This document shows, piece after piece, positions 25,590 to 36,659 of a stretch of DNA of 64,000 nt (its first letter is position 1; the number at the start of each line of letters is the position of its first letter). Position numbers and translations under genes: made by a program. The stretch covers positions 18,955,432-19,019,431 of the forward strand of contig NC_092679.1 of NCBI RefSeq assembly GCF_964355755.1. The letters run 5' to 3'. Under the pieces are notes generated by a model that worked only from the letters and a program-made list of their open reading frames with translations, searched no databases and was not told where the DNA came from. This DNA comes from Antedon mediterranea. Its lineage: Eukaryota > Animalia > Echinodermata.

Positions 25590-26295
25590 TTTTGTATTGT
25601 CGATAGTATACTTTCAGGCGTAGTTCTAAGAATAGGTTTGGTCTGAGAATTCTAATAATACTGCTTATTGTTGATAGTATGATTTCAGGCGTAGTTCTAA
25701 GAATAGGTTTGGTCTGAGAATTCTAATAATACTGCTTATTGCTTGATAGCATGATTTCTGCCGGTTGATGTAGTCATTGAATAGGTTTTGTATACAAAAA
25801 ATCTGTTATAATAAATGTTCGAGCCTTTTTCCAAAATAGAAATATATGGCACCAACAAACATTCTGTCGGTAATGACTTCAAAATACAGTATATTGAAAA
25901 GCAACGTTGAAAGAAAAGATACTGCTTATTGTTGATAACATGATTTCTGCCGGTTGATGTAGTCATTGAATAGGTTTTGTATACAAAAAATCGGTTATAA
26001 TAAATGTTCGAGCCTATTTTGAAAATTGAAATATATGGCACTAACAAACATTCTGTCGGTAATGACTTCAAAATACAGTATATTGAAAAGCATCGTTGAA
26101 AGAAAAGATACTGCTTATTGTTGATAACATGATTTCTGCCGGTTGATGTAGTCATTGAATAGGTTTTGTATACAAAAAATCGGTTATAATAAATGTTCGA
26201 GCCTATTTTGAAAATAGAAATATATGGCACCAACAAATATTCTGTCGGTAATGACTTCAAAATACAGTATATTGAAAAGCAACGTTGAAAGAAAA
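25590..26295. repeat. About 189-bp tandem repeat x3, preceded by an about 70-bp duplication
   Basis: ACTGCTTATT recurs at about 25660, 25731, 25921 and 26110. Confidence 0.9.
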
Positions 26296-26529
26296 GAGAC
26301 AGTCTAGTTTCGTTTGTACTACTACTACTATTATGAATATTTCAAACTAGTTTTTTTTAAACATACGGTACTTAATAAGAATATTACATTTGTCAAAAGA
26401 AATTAATTTTAGTGCTGATACAGAATCAATTACCACTTTATTTTCTTATTGTATCTTATTGTCATTTTTTTAGGTTGGCATAATTATATTGAATTGATTG
26501 TTGAATAAATTACATTTGGTTAACAAGAA

Positions 26530-26653
26530 CAAGGCCATATACATCGCTGCAGTCGCGTGCTCAAATTTGAGTTAGTGTTAACCGACCGCCCGCCCGACCG
26601 ACCAACCAACCGACCGACCGACCGACATAGTGAGCTGTGCACGCGACTAAAAA
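26530..26653 (-). mobile_element. Helentron/DINE-like short element with (GACC)n microsatellite
   Basis: AGTCGCGTG sub-terminal inverted repeats, internal CCGA repeat and poly-T end on the minus strand. A second copy lies at about 29530-29635. Confidence 0.5.
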
Positions 26654-27789
26654 CAAAGGATAGTATTTAGTGCTGTTATTATTCTGAAAATGGGTTTGCC
26701 AGATACATACTGTCAGTATTGATTAAACGTCTAATAAGCCTCGCCCTGAAACATCGTATCTACGTATTTGAAAAAAAAATCATTAGGCAGAATTTCGAGA
26801 ATTCAATATTAGTTTAATGTATGGGTGATTTTAACAGAGAATAAAGTAAATGATTGCATTACTCAATTTAGCCGTATACTACATTATACTAATGGACGTC
26901 CATCTTGAAATATACCCGCACACAATAATACGAGGGTGCTTCGCATTTACCTATCTCCTGTTACAATAATTGTTTTTAATAGCTGAAAACCGGTCAAACA
27001 GCTCGAGTATAGCATCATAATGTTGAAGAAAATACTATTTTAATAGATTGAATATATTAAGTAACGTATTGATTGGCGATGAATGGAACATTCCAATCTC
27101 TCAGTCTCCCAGTATAAATATTTGGTAAAACGCAAATAGGTACATTTATGGGCCCTTGGGGATAAACTTAAAACCTTTAGTTATAATAGTAGATATAACA
27201 TTGCAATACAAATTTTCACAATAAATACATAAACCATTTTTGGTTGCCAGTTGAAGCGCAAAAACATATATACAACCAAATACATTTTATTACTGACAGT
27301 TGCTTCTCAACGTTTATATTAATTAATAATTATATCACATCTTTTTTTGTCAAAGTAGTTTGATAGTATAGGCAGAGTTTAAGGCAAGACAACGTAGACA
27401 GATTGATTATATTATTATTGCACATTTTATTATATTTATAAATAGATATACAAGGTATATATAATATCAATAATGGATATATCATCACTATTATTGACAA
27501 TTGAATCGAGGCATTAAAACCTTCTGAACTTTAACAAATAACTTTATAGGCGGTGATGACACTTTGTATATACAACAATAATCAGACAACATAATAATCA
27601 GACATCATGCCTTTTCACCAGCTCCATACGCTGATGTATCGTCCACCCACTATCGTGTGGTCTCGAAGGACAGCTAGTAGGTGACCAAACAAAGGAACCA
27701 AATACACACTAGTCCCACCCAGACGACCAAACGCAGAGAAGTAGTTCATTATTGTTTCTGTGTTTTTTTGTTTTTTCTTTTTGTTTTTT

Positions 27790-28697
27790 TTATTTTCGGG
27801 ACTCTCTGTGCTTTCGCCACATGCCATAACTTGTGTTATCTTCAGGGCGTTGCATAGTTGGACGTCTTGGCACCCTGGTTCGCTTTGTCAATCTATGGTT
27901 TTCAGTACAAGTAGAGGTATACATGGCTGGGGTTATAGATGGCAGTGAGAGGTTGATGTTTTCCACACTGGGACGTCTTGGCACATCACCGAGTCGTGGC
28001 TGGCTCTGTTGTAGCCGATTTGTAAGTCGTTTCTTGGTGTCCATTTCTAACGTGGAACTTCGACGACCGACGTTAACATGCGACGGACGTCTTCCACTAG
28101 CCACATTTGCAAGTGAAGGTCTACTCTCTGTTGTGTTCAATCCTAAAAGCTGGTCCCAATATTCATCAACGTCATCCGGGTTAGCGTTAAGAAATTGTGG
28201 ACTGGTTTTTCCAGACGGATTAGCCATATCCACAATTCTTTCACGTTTCTTGTTAGGTTTTCTTTGTTTTTTGACCAGATTGTCTAAGTACTGGTCATGA
28301 TTCTCAATTGGAGCTGCAAAATTAATTGTAGGAAATTAGGAGAATGATCAGATAACAATCTCCCACATACAATATTTTCCAAGTATACATCTTAGGCATA
28401 ACACGAGAATACACCATCTTATGTTTATCACATGTGGTGCATGTGCCATATTAGGTTATGGTATACCATATATTATTTTTATTATAACCATGTAGTGCTT
28501 CTCATTTCCAAATATATTTTTTGTTAATACATTTTATTCTAGGCCCTAGGCCTATACCTTTTCGGGCTGCCAGGTCGGAATCAGACAAGTGTCTACAGGC
28601 GTCTGGGTAAACAGCTCTAAAATGTGCTTCTACCCTCTTCTGCCTCCTCCACTCATCGCGTTCTTGTTCAGTTGTAGAAAACTGATAAGCACTCAGT
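27790..28697 (-). CDS. Unrecognised spliced gene, copy 1 (5' end not found)
   Basis: Exons 28697-28558 (RLSAYQFSTTEQERDEWRRQKRVEAHFRAVYPDACRHLSDSDLAARK) and 28313-27790 (APIENHDQYLDNLVKK...MANPSGKTSP...HRESRK*) join in frame with good cag/gt sites. The same structure is conserved in copy 3. Confidence 0.6.
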
Positions 28698-30171
28698 CTG
28701 TAACAGAATAATAATCGTAAACACAGTTACCTTGTTTATGTAGGTAACTGGATGTAGTGACTGGATCTCAAATATAAAATACGAAAGTTAAATCATAACC
28801 CGTTATGATAATGCGTAGGCTACTGTACGCGCTTCTACAATGCGCGCTCAGATACCTTTTCTTTCCGCCCCCGAAAATAAAATTATAACGATATTACGGT
28901 ACTAACAACATTTAAGACGTCGATAAAAAAAGTTTAAAGTTTCCATTATCTTGTTTTTGTTAAATGTTGCTTATGTTACAATTTTAGTAGTATCACTATT
29001 AAGCTTACTAAATAATTATTATCTATTTATTATTTTTAATCTGTATCACTTAGTAGAGGCCTAGGCCTATTACATACACTATGTTAATACACGCGCGGGA
29101 GCATGTTGCGATACACGCGCTTCCACATAACATGCGCGCGTAGCTCTTTTCCTAATTTTTTTCTTCAAAAATTTGGATTAATATTAGTACTAAAAACATG
29201 AAAAATATGTATATTGGCCCTTTGGTCCAGTAAATGAATTAATGAAGTGTATATTAGTAAAACAAATTAAAGACAAACCGTTTGGTTTTTCGAGATTCCA
29301 TCGTATATTTTGCAGCGAAAAATTCTGTAAAAGTTTAGTTTTGTACAGGAAAGTTTGTTGTGTTGTTGTTACCATAGGAGAATGATAACGTCATCAATTG
29401 TGCGCAGGCGCCGTGTCTCACTCTCTAGGTGAAGGCGGGGGTGTGAGGGGGAGGGGATGGAGGCGATGGATGACGAAGGTGGAGGGTTGTTGCTTGTTGT
29501 ATGTGAACGGATAGTAGGCCTAATATATAACAAGGCCAACAGCCATAAGTCGCGTGCTAAAACGCATAGTGATACCGGACCGACACAGACCGACCGACAT
29601 AGTGAACTATAATAGAGTCGTGTCCACGCGACTAATAATGGCTCCATCATCAAAGAGCATACATCAATTACTGTTACAAAACTATTACAAGTTCTTCTTT
29701 ATATTGAATAAAAGTACTGTATTCGTTTATTAGGCTAGATACGATCAGATTAAGAGTGCTGCAGTGGTACAGCTGCCCCCCCCCTCTCCCCCTACTTAAA
29801 AGTTTAAGAAAACTTCAAAAGTTTTGCTCTGCGCAACAATTAGCGCATTGACTAGTTCATTTTTATAAGAGGTAAGTAATATTAATAAATATTATTTGCA
29901 AATAATACTTTAATAGTTAAATAAATACCAATACATAACGTAATTAAAATTTTTTTTTATTATTCTAAAAATCAATAATAATTATCTAGGCCTATAAATA
30001 TATAATTTAAACTGATTTATATTTGTTAGTTTTAGTGTCGCCCCCATGTCATTTTAATAAAAAACTAAAATCGCCGGAGAGGCGACGACTGCTTGAATTT
30101 GAGGGGGGAGAGGAGGAGAGAGAGGAGGTGGTGCGCGGAGGAGGAGCTAGCTGAGGGAATTGAAGAAGATT

Positions 30172-30310
30172 CGATGACAGCAGCAACGTTCACGTGATGA
30201 GAGTAACACTTGGGATCGTTCTTCGATCGTCTGAAGTTGAATTTAAAGTTGATTTTAAATACTATAAAAGTCATAAACCGCCTTCCAAATACGATAATAA
30301 ATTGTTTGGT
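30172..30310 (+). pseudogene. Decayed duplicate of ALKBH1 exon 1
   Basis: CTGAAGTTGA...AAAGTTGATTTTAAATACTATAAAAGTC..AAACCGCC..CCAAATACGATAAT and the ttg|gtaaat donor match 41963-42118, but with indels and stops. Confidence 0.8.
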
Positions 30311-30579
30311 AAATATTCGTAATATTTTAGTTTAAAAATAGGATTCTTCTACTTCCAGGCTAGGTAGGGGGCCTAGCCTAGCCTACCCTACCTAGGCCTA
30401 CTAGACTACCAAAGAGTGTTATAAGTTCTTTGCTAGGATCTACTACTAGCCTAGCTAGGCTAGGCCTAGATAGATAGGCCAGGCCGAGATAGATAGGCCT
30501 AAAGTAGACTAGGCCTAGCCTAGGCCTTGGACTAGGTAGGTAGCCTAGCCTAGGTAAAAAGCAATAGAATGCATTTCAG

Positions 30580-33090
30580 GTCAGGACTGATGACCTAACT
30601 TTCCAAAATGAAGAAATATTTATTAAATTTGGAGGTGATAAGGGTGGTGGTGATACCACAAAATTTGAAATTCAAATTTGTGCGTTACCCAAACTAAATA
30701 TAAATGCTCTGCACACAACATCATATTAATCTTAATTAATATTCCAGACCCCATTGACTGTCAACATCAACAAAGGACTAAATCGAATAATGGATGAAGT
30801 AATGGAATTGCATGGAAGTCAGTGGATATTGGCTATACCACCTATAATAGGCTAGGCCTAAGTGCACAATTTCATTAAAATTTGTAAATTACACTTTTGT
30901 ACATTTAGGGTAGCCTATGCCAATCTAAATTAACTGGAATATTGCGGTGTACTCTATTTATTAATATACAGTACTTATTATTTTATAAGTAGGTTATTTA
31001 TTTTAGTACACAACTTACAACATCAGAATTTTTTTTTTTTTGGAGACTATGAGTTATGACTTTCTTTGCAGAATATAGGCTTATGGACTAATTAGTCCAA
31101 ATAGTAAATTCACTTATTTTTTATTTATTTAAGTTTTTACACTTCATAACTGATTGTTCTGAAAAAGTAATGTATCTGTATCTGTTCTGTTTTTTTTATG
31201 AAAAATAAATAGCTGTATATACTGCATGTGCAGTCAAGATGACCATTAGTTCCAACAACAAACCGACAGAAAACATACTGTATAAGTTTTCTTGACCATG
31301 GCAGTGACCCAAAAATGAGCAAAACGATACAGTGTCATTCATCCTTATGTGGTTGATATTGAATTAAATCAGGTAGGTTATTTAAATTATAATTCAAACA
31401 GTTCATAAAAATGTTAGTTCTAAACAAACTTAAAAACAACTACTATAATATTTCATACCTCTTTATCAATGCCTATTTTCAGGTATCAATTCCAGCATTT
31501 GTACATATTTCTCTTGGGAATTAAAGAAAATGTATGATTTAATTGAGATAGAAATACACACAACCTTCATGATGTCATTATTTTTAACATGAGACAGGAA
31601 TCTACAATTCCAACAGGTAAATGTTAATTTCCTTTTTATTGAAAACTTTTCTTCCTCTACATTTTCAAAAATTCCAATTCCAATAATTATTTATTTTTCA
31701 AGGTGATCTAGGAGAACATAAGGTAGCAGAATGTGCAGCACACAGAGTGACTTGGTAGCAGAATGTGCAGCACACAGAGTGACTTGGTAGCAGAATGTGC
31801 AGCACACAGAGTGACTTGGTAGCAGAATGTGCAGCACACAGAGTGACTTGGTAGCAGAATGTGCAGCACACAGTGACTTGGTAGCAGAATGTGCAGCACA
31901 CAGAGTGACTTGGTAGCAGAATGTGCAGCACACAGTGACTTGGTAGCAGAATGTGCAGCACACAGAGTGACTTGGTAGCAGAATGTGCAGCACACAGAGT
32001 GACTTGGTAGCAGAATGTGCAGCACACAGTGACTTGGTAGCAGAATGTGCAGCACACAGAGTGACTTGGTAGCAGAATGTGCAGCACACAGAGTGACTTG
32101 GTAGCAGAAAGAATTCAAAAAAAGCAAATCAAAAGCTGTGCATTTCTTGAACAAAAAACAAATTCTCAAGAAATAGCTGAACTTGGGGCAAAAATAAATC
32201 TGAAAAAACAAGAATGGATGGATTTGGTATGTCTTCATTTTTATTTAATTACCGTACACACTAAAATAATAATAGAATTTACAAAGAAAATTATTCTGTC
32301 TAAATCAGTAAACCAAGACCTGAAATTTGACAAATCAAAATCCCTAGGCAACAGTACCACGGCAAAAGTTTTGTGGGCAACCACGTTCATAGAGCATGTA
32401 ACGTGAGTATATTGAATAGTGCAATCCCACACAGTGTACCCAGCTGCTTAAAAAATAATTCAATCTATATATAGTTTTATTTACCTTTTATGTGTGTGCT
32501 TCTTTTTAGTCAAATATAATTGAAAAGCTATTTAATGGTGTCACGTAACACTCAAACCACAAATGCACAAGTGCCCAGAAAATTGCAAACAGCTCCTTGA
32601 AGTAAAATTCAAGAAAATCCAAGATACATTTACACCAGTGTTTTCAACCTAGCTGTAAAGTGCACGCTGCTATCAATCACACACGATCTACTGTATAACT
32701 GAAGAAGAGATAGACACATATGTTAAATTTCAGTTGTAAATGATAAACTTGTTAAATATTATTTAGGATTAGTTTTAATATTCACAATAACGACACAATG
32801 GTATTGATAATAAAATGATAATTAAATAATTATGAATACATTGTTACCATGCAGGCCTGTTACCATATAATATGTTACAATATAATGTTTTCTTCCACAG
32901 ACAGTGCTATAAAACTTATTTTAAAAGAGTACAGGAGAGTTGCTCCTAGAGTTAGTCCAGCCAAAACTACATATGTTGGAACACCATTGTATCCGGTTTA
33001 TGAGGGAATGGAAAGTTTGGATCAGCTTACTAACAACAGGAAGGGGAATTAATTTAACAGGAGAAAAAATATGGGATGAAAAGCTACCTG
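30580..33090 (+). mobile_element. Decayed, intron-containing DDE transposase relic (Chapaev/Transib-like)
   Basis: Ordered fragments: EIFIKFGGDKGGGDTTKFEIQI (GGDKGGG at 30631-30651), NINKGLNRIMDEVMELHGSQW, IRIFF..GDYE..FLC (31042), CIYC (31214), VSIPAFVHISLG (31483), a coiled-coil exon, and PKLHMLEHHCIRFMREWK (32961). Many stops and frameshifts. Family assignment is from recalled motifs, not a search. Confidence 0.65.
31722..32108. repeat. 30/32-bp minisatellite, about 12 copies
   Basis: Unit GTAGCAGAATGTGCAGCACAC(AG)AGTGACTTG. Confidence 0.95.
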
Positions 33091-33739
33091 TATCAGTTAA
33101 CATCTATTATGAAGGCAAAAAACAAGAAGAAGAAAAGATGAAGAATAATTAAATGTACAAGTATGCATTGTGCCAGATGTGTGCATTAATTTTTGAATGC
33201 AGGTTAAATTTTATGTTTAATTTTATTCTAGCAAAATTCACATTAAACGCTAATCGTCGTTAGACATTGCGCATCTCACTTGTGTTTGCCACTCTGCATG
33301 TTTTGGAGCAAGCATGTGATAGGTCATATATCTATTATAATGAAGTACCCCTAACCCAGGCCCTCCCACCACTACTCTAGCTTGGGCCATGCCTAACCAT
33401 AGAGGTATACAATTATTTTTTATTTTATACCTCCATTGCCTAAATAATTAATAAGGTAATCTAGGCCTAGCAATAGTTAGACAGTAAGACTTAGAGGTAG
33501 CAGTTAAAACAAGGCAGGCTTAGTATTAGTAAGTACTGTGTAGTAGTAGGCCTTCAAGTTCCTCATGATTTTAAGAACGCGCAAAAATAACAACTCTCTA
33601 TAAACATAAAGAGTTACAAGACAATTACAGTTACAAGACAATTACAGAGTTATGGCTGTACCATAAAATGTATAAAACGATAAAAGTATTTAAAAGCTGT
33701 ACAAATCCAAGAAACAAGGGGAAAAAACAGATTTCATTG

Positions 33740-34452
33740 ATTTTTTTCCTTTCAGTTAATAAGAATGCATTATTTTCTACAGAGTAGTACCATCATTGCT
33801 TTCTTCCTTTCAGTTAATAGGATTATCTTATATCTTATTTGCAAAACAGAGTAGTGCCGCCATTTCTTTCTTCCGTTCAGTTAATAAGAATGTCTTATTT
33901 GCGAAACAGAGTGCCGTCATTGCTTTCTTCCTTTCAGTTAATAAGAATGTCTTATTTGCGAAACAGATTAGTGCCGTCATTGCTGTTTTCCTTTCAGTTA
34001 ATAAGAATGTCTTATTTCCGAAACAGAGTAGTGCCATCATTGCTTTCTTCCCTTCAGTTAATAAGAATATCTTATTTGCGAAACAGAGTAGTGCCGTCAT
34101 TGCTTTCTTCCTTTCAGTTAATAAGAATGTCTTATTTGTGAAACAGAGTAGTGCCGTCATTGCTTTCTTCCTTTCAGTTAATAAGAATGTCTTATTTGCA
34201 AAACAGAGTAGTGCCGCCATTTCTTTCTTCCGTTCAGTTAATAAGAATGTCTTATTTGCAAAACAGAGTAGTGCCGTCATTGCTTTCTTCCTTTCAGTTA
34301 ACACGAACGTAGTCTTATTTGCAAAACAGAGTAGTGCCGTCATTGCTTTCTTCCTTTCAGTAATAATAGGAATGTCTTATTTGTGAAACAGTGTAGTGCC
34401 ATCATTGCTTTCTTCCCTTCAGTTAATATGAATATCTTATTTGCGAAACAGT
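33740..34452. repeat. 60-bp minisatellite, about 12 copies
   Basis: Unit AAACAGAGTAGTGCCGTCATTGCTTTCTTCCTTTCAGTTAATAAGAATGTCTTATTTGCG. Confidence 0.95.
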
Positions 34453-34860
34453 TAAGAATGATGCGCTCCGCTGTGGTCTTTCTAGCGGCACTACATTCCT
34501 CCCCATTTTCTTTCTTTTCCTGAATTTCTGCGCATTTCACTGTCTTTCATCCTCCTCTGCATGCTGCTCTTCTTTCTTTCAATTTTTTTTACATGTACAT
34601 AAAATCCAAAAAGGAAGCTACCAAGAACCTGATAAAAATGAACTAATTCAAATTAAATTTTAAATTTCTTATGAACTAAATTTTCAGTAATTTGGTCTTG
34701 GATTAAAAAAAAAAATTAGGCCTATTCATAGGCAAATTCGGCTTGGAAGTGGAGGCTTTCTAGGAACCACTCCAACATCCAGATCGCCGCTGTCCTCAAT
34801 TGGCCACTTCCAGACAGAGCCAATCGGTCGACCACCTCCACTTGTGGCGGACGTCTTCTA

Positions 34861-36003
34861 TTAGCTACAAATCGGAATATTATTAATATAAATAACATTA
34901 TTGAAAATGTCTTTTCTGGACTCTCTGTGTTTTTGCCACATGCCATAACTAGTGTTATCTTCAGGGCATTGCATAGTTGGACGTCTTGGCACCCTGGTTT
35001 GCTTGGTCAATCTATGGTTTTCAGTAGAAGTAGATGTGTGCATGGCTGGGGTTATAGATGGCAGCGCGACGTTGATTTTTTCAACACTTGGACGTCTTGA
35101 TACATCACCAATTCGTGGCTGGCTCTGTTGTGGCCAATTTGTAAGTCGTGGTTTCTTGGACATGTTAACGTTAACATGTGACGGATGTCTTCCAAGTGAA
35201 GGTATACTCTCTGTTTTGTTCGATCCTAAAAGCTGTTCCCAATAAGCATCAACATCATCCGGGTTAGCGTTAAGAACTAGCGGACTCGTTTTTTCCTGAC
35301 GACGGATTAGCCATATCCACAATTCTTTCACATTTCTTGATGTTTTGAACTCTGGGACGTCTTGGTACATCACCGAGTCATGGCTGGGTCTGTTGTGGCC
35401 GATTTGTAAGTCGTCCAATAGATGGTTTCTTGGACATGTTCCTTCTGAATACATTTCTACCGTGATTAGCCATATCCACAATTATTTCGTTGTTGAACAT
35501 CTAATGTGAAGGTCTACTCTCCGTTTGGTTCGATCCCAAAAGCTGGTCCCAATAAAGCATCAACATCATCCGGGTTAGCGTTCAGAAGTAGAGGACTGAT
35601 TTTTCCAGACAACGGATTAGCCATATCCACAATTCTTTCGTTTTTGAACATCTAATGTGAAGGTGTACTCTCTGCTTTGTTCGATCCCAAAAGCTGGTCC
35701 CAATAAGCATCAACATCATCCGTGTTAGCGTTCAGAAAGTAGAGGACTGATTTTTCCAGACAACGGATTAGCCATATCCACAATTCTTTTTGAACATCTA
35801 ATGTGAAGGTGTACTCACTACTCTCTGCTTTGTTCGATCCCAAAAGCTGGTCCCAATAAGCATCAACATCATCCGTGTTAGCGTTCAGAAGTAGAGGACT
35901 GGTTTTTCCAGACGACGGATTAGCCATATCCACAATTCTTTCACGTTAGGTTTTCTTTGTTGTTTAACAAGATTATCTAAGTAGTCATGATTTTCAATTA
36001 GAG
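34861..36003 (-). pseudogene. Unrecognised gene, copy 2; frameshifted, with an internally amplified module
   Basis: Same tgcag acceptor at 36004-36008, a 7-nt deletion near 35945 and further frameshifts. The MDMANPSGKTSPLxLNANxDDVDAYWDQLLGSN module is present about four times. The upstream 140-nt exon was not found. Confidence 0.65.
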
Positions 36004-36140
36004 CTGCAAGATTAAGTGTAGGGAATTAGGAGAATGATCAGATAACAATTTTTTTTTTACACATTTGTACTTGCTGTACATTGTGTAGGTTTAGTACACG
36101 GACTAAATAAATAAAATTTATTTAACTAACTTCATGTGCT

Positions 36141-36659
36141 GTACATAATACAGTATACATACAGTACATAATACAGTATACATACAGTATACATACAGTA
36201 CATAATACAGTACATAATACAGTATACATACAGTACATAATACAGTATACATACAGTACATAATACAGTACATAATACAGTATACATACAGTACATAATA
36301 CAGTACATAATACAGTATACATACAGTACATAATACAGTATACATACAGTACATAATACAGTATACATACAGTACATAATACAGTACATAATACAGTATA
36401 CATACAGTACATAATACAGTATACATACAGTACATAATACAGTATACATACAGTACATAATACAGTATACATACAGTACATAATACAGTATACATACAGT
36501 ACATAATACAGTATACATACAGTACATAATACAGTACATAATACAGTATACATACAGTACATAATACAGTATACATACAGTACATAATACAGTACATAAT
36601 ACAGTATACATACAGTACATAATACATTACATAATACAGTATACATACAGTACATAATA
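36141..36659. repeat. Compound 11/12-bp satellite
   Basis: Alternating ACAGTACATAAT and ACAGTATACAT units. Confidence 0.95.

Noticed and set aside
25736-26260. 174-aa ORF with 63-aa repeats
   Set aside because: Arises from a 189-bp non-coding-looking tandem repeat and has a non-ATG start.
27833-28300. Plus-strand ORFs overlapping the orphan copies (also 34952-35245 and 39600-39932)
   Set aside because: Antisense shadows with non-ATG starts; the splice signals support the minus strand.
28731-28766. 36-nt micro-exon upstream of the orphan gene (also about 40392-40427)
   Set aside because: The implied intron is only 33 nt and the required frame contains TAA, so it is not accepted as coding.
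31691-32238. CRISPR-like appearance and Cys/His-rich minus-strand ORFs
   Set aside because: Head-to-tail units with no unique spacers, no cas genes and a eukaryotic context; the ORFs are repeat artefacts.
33796-34540. ORFs of 100-196 aa on both strands
   Set aside because: Produced by a stop-free 60-bp unit; no domain or splice support.
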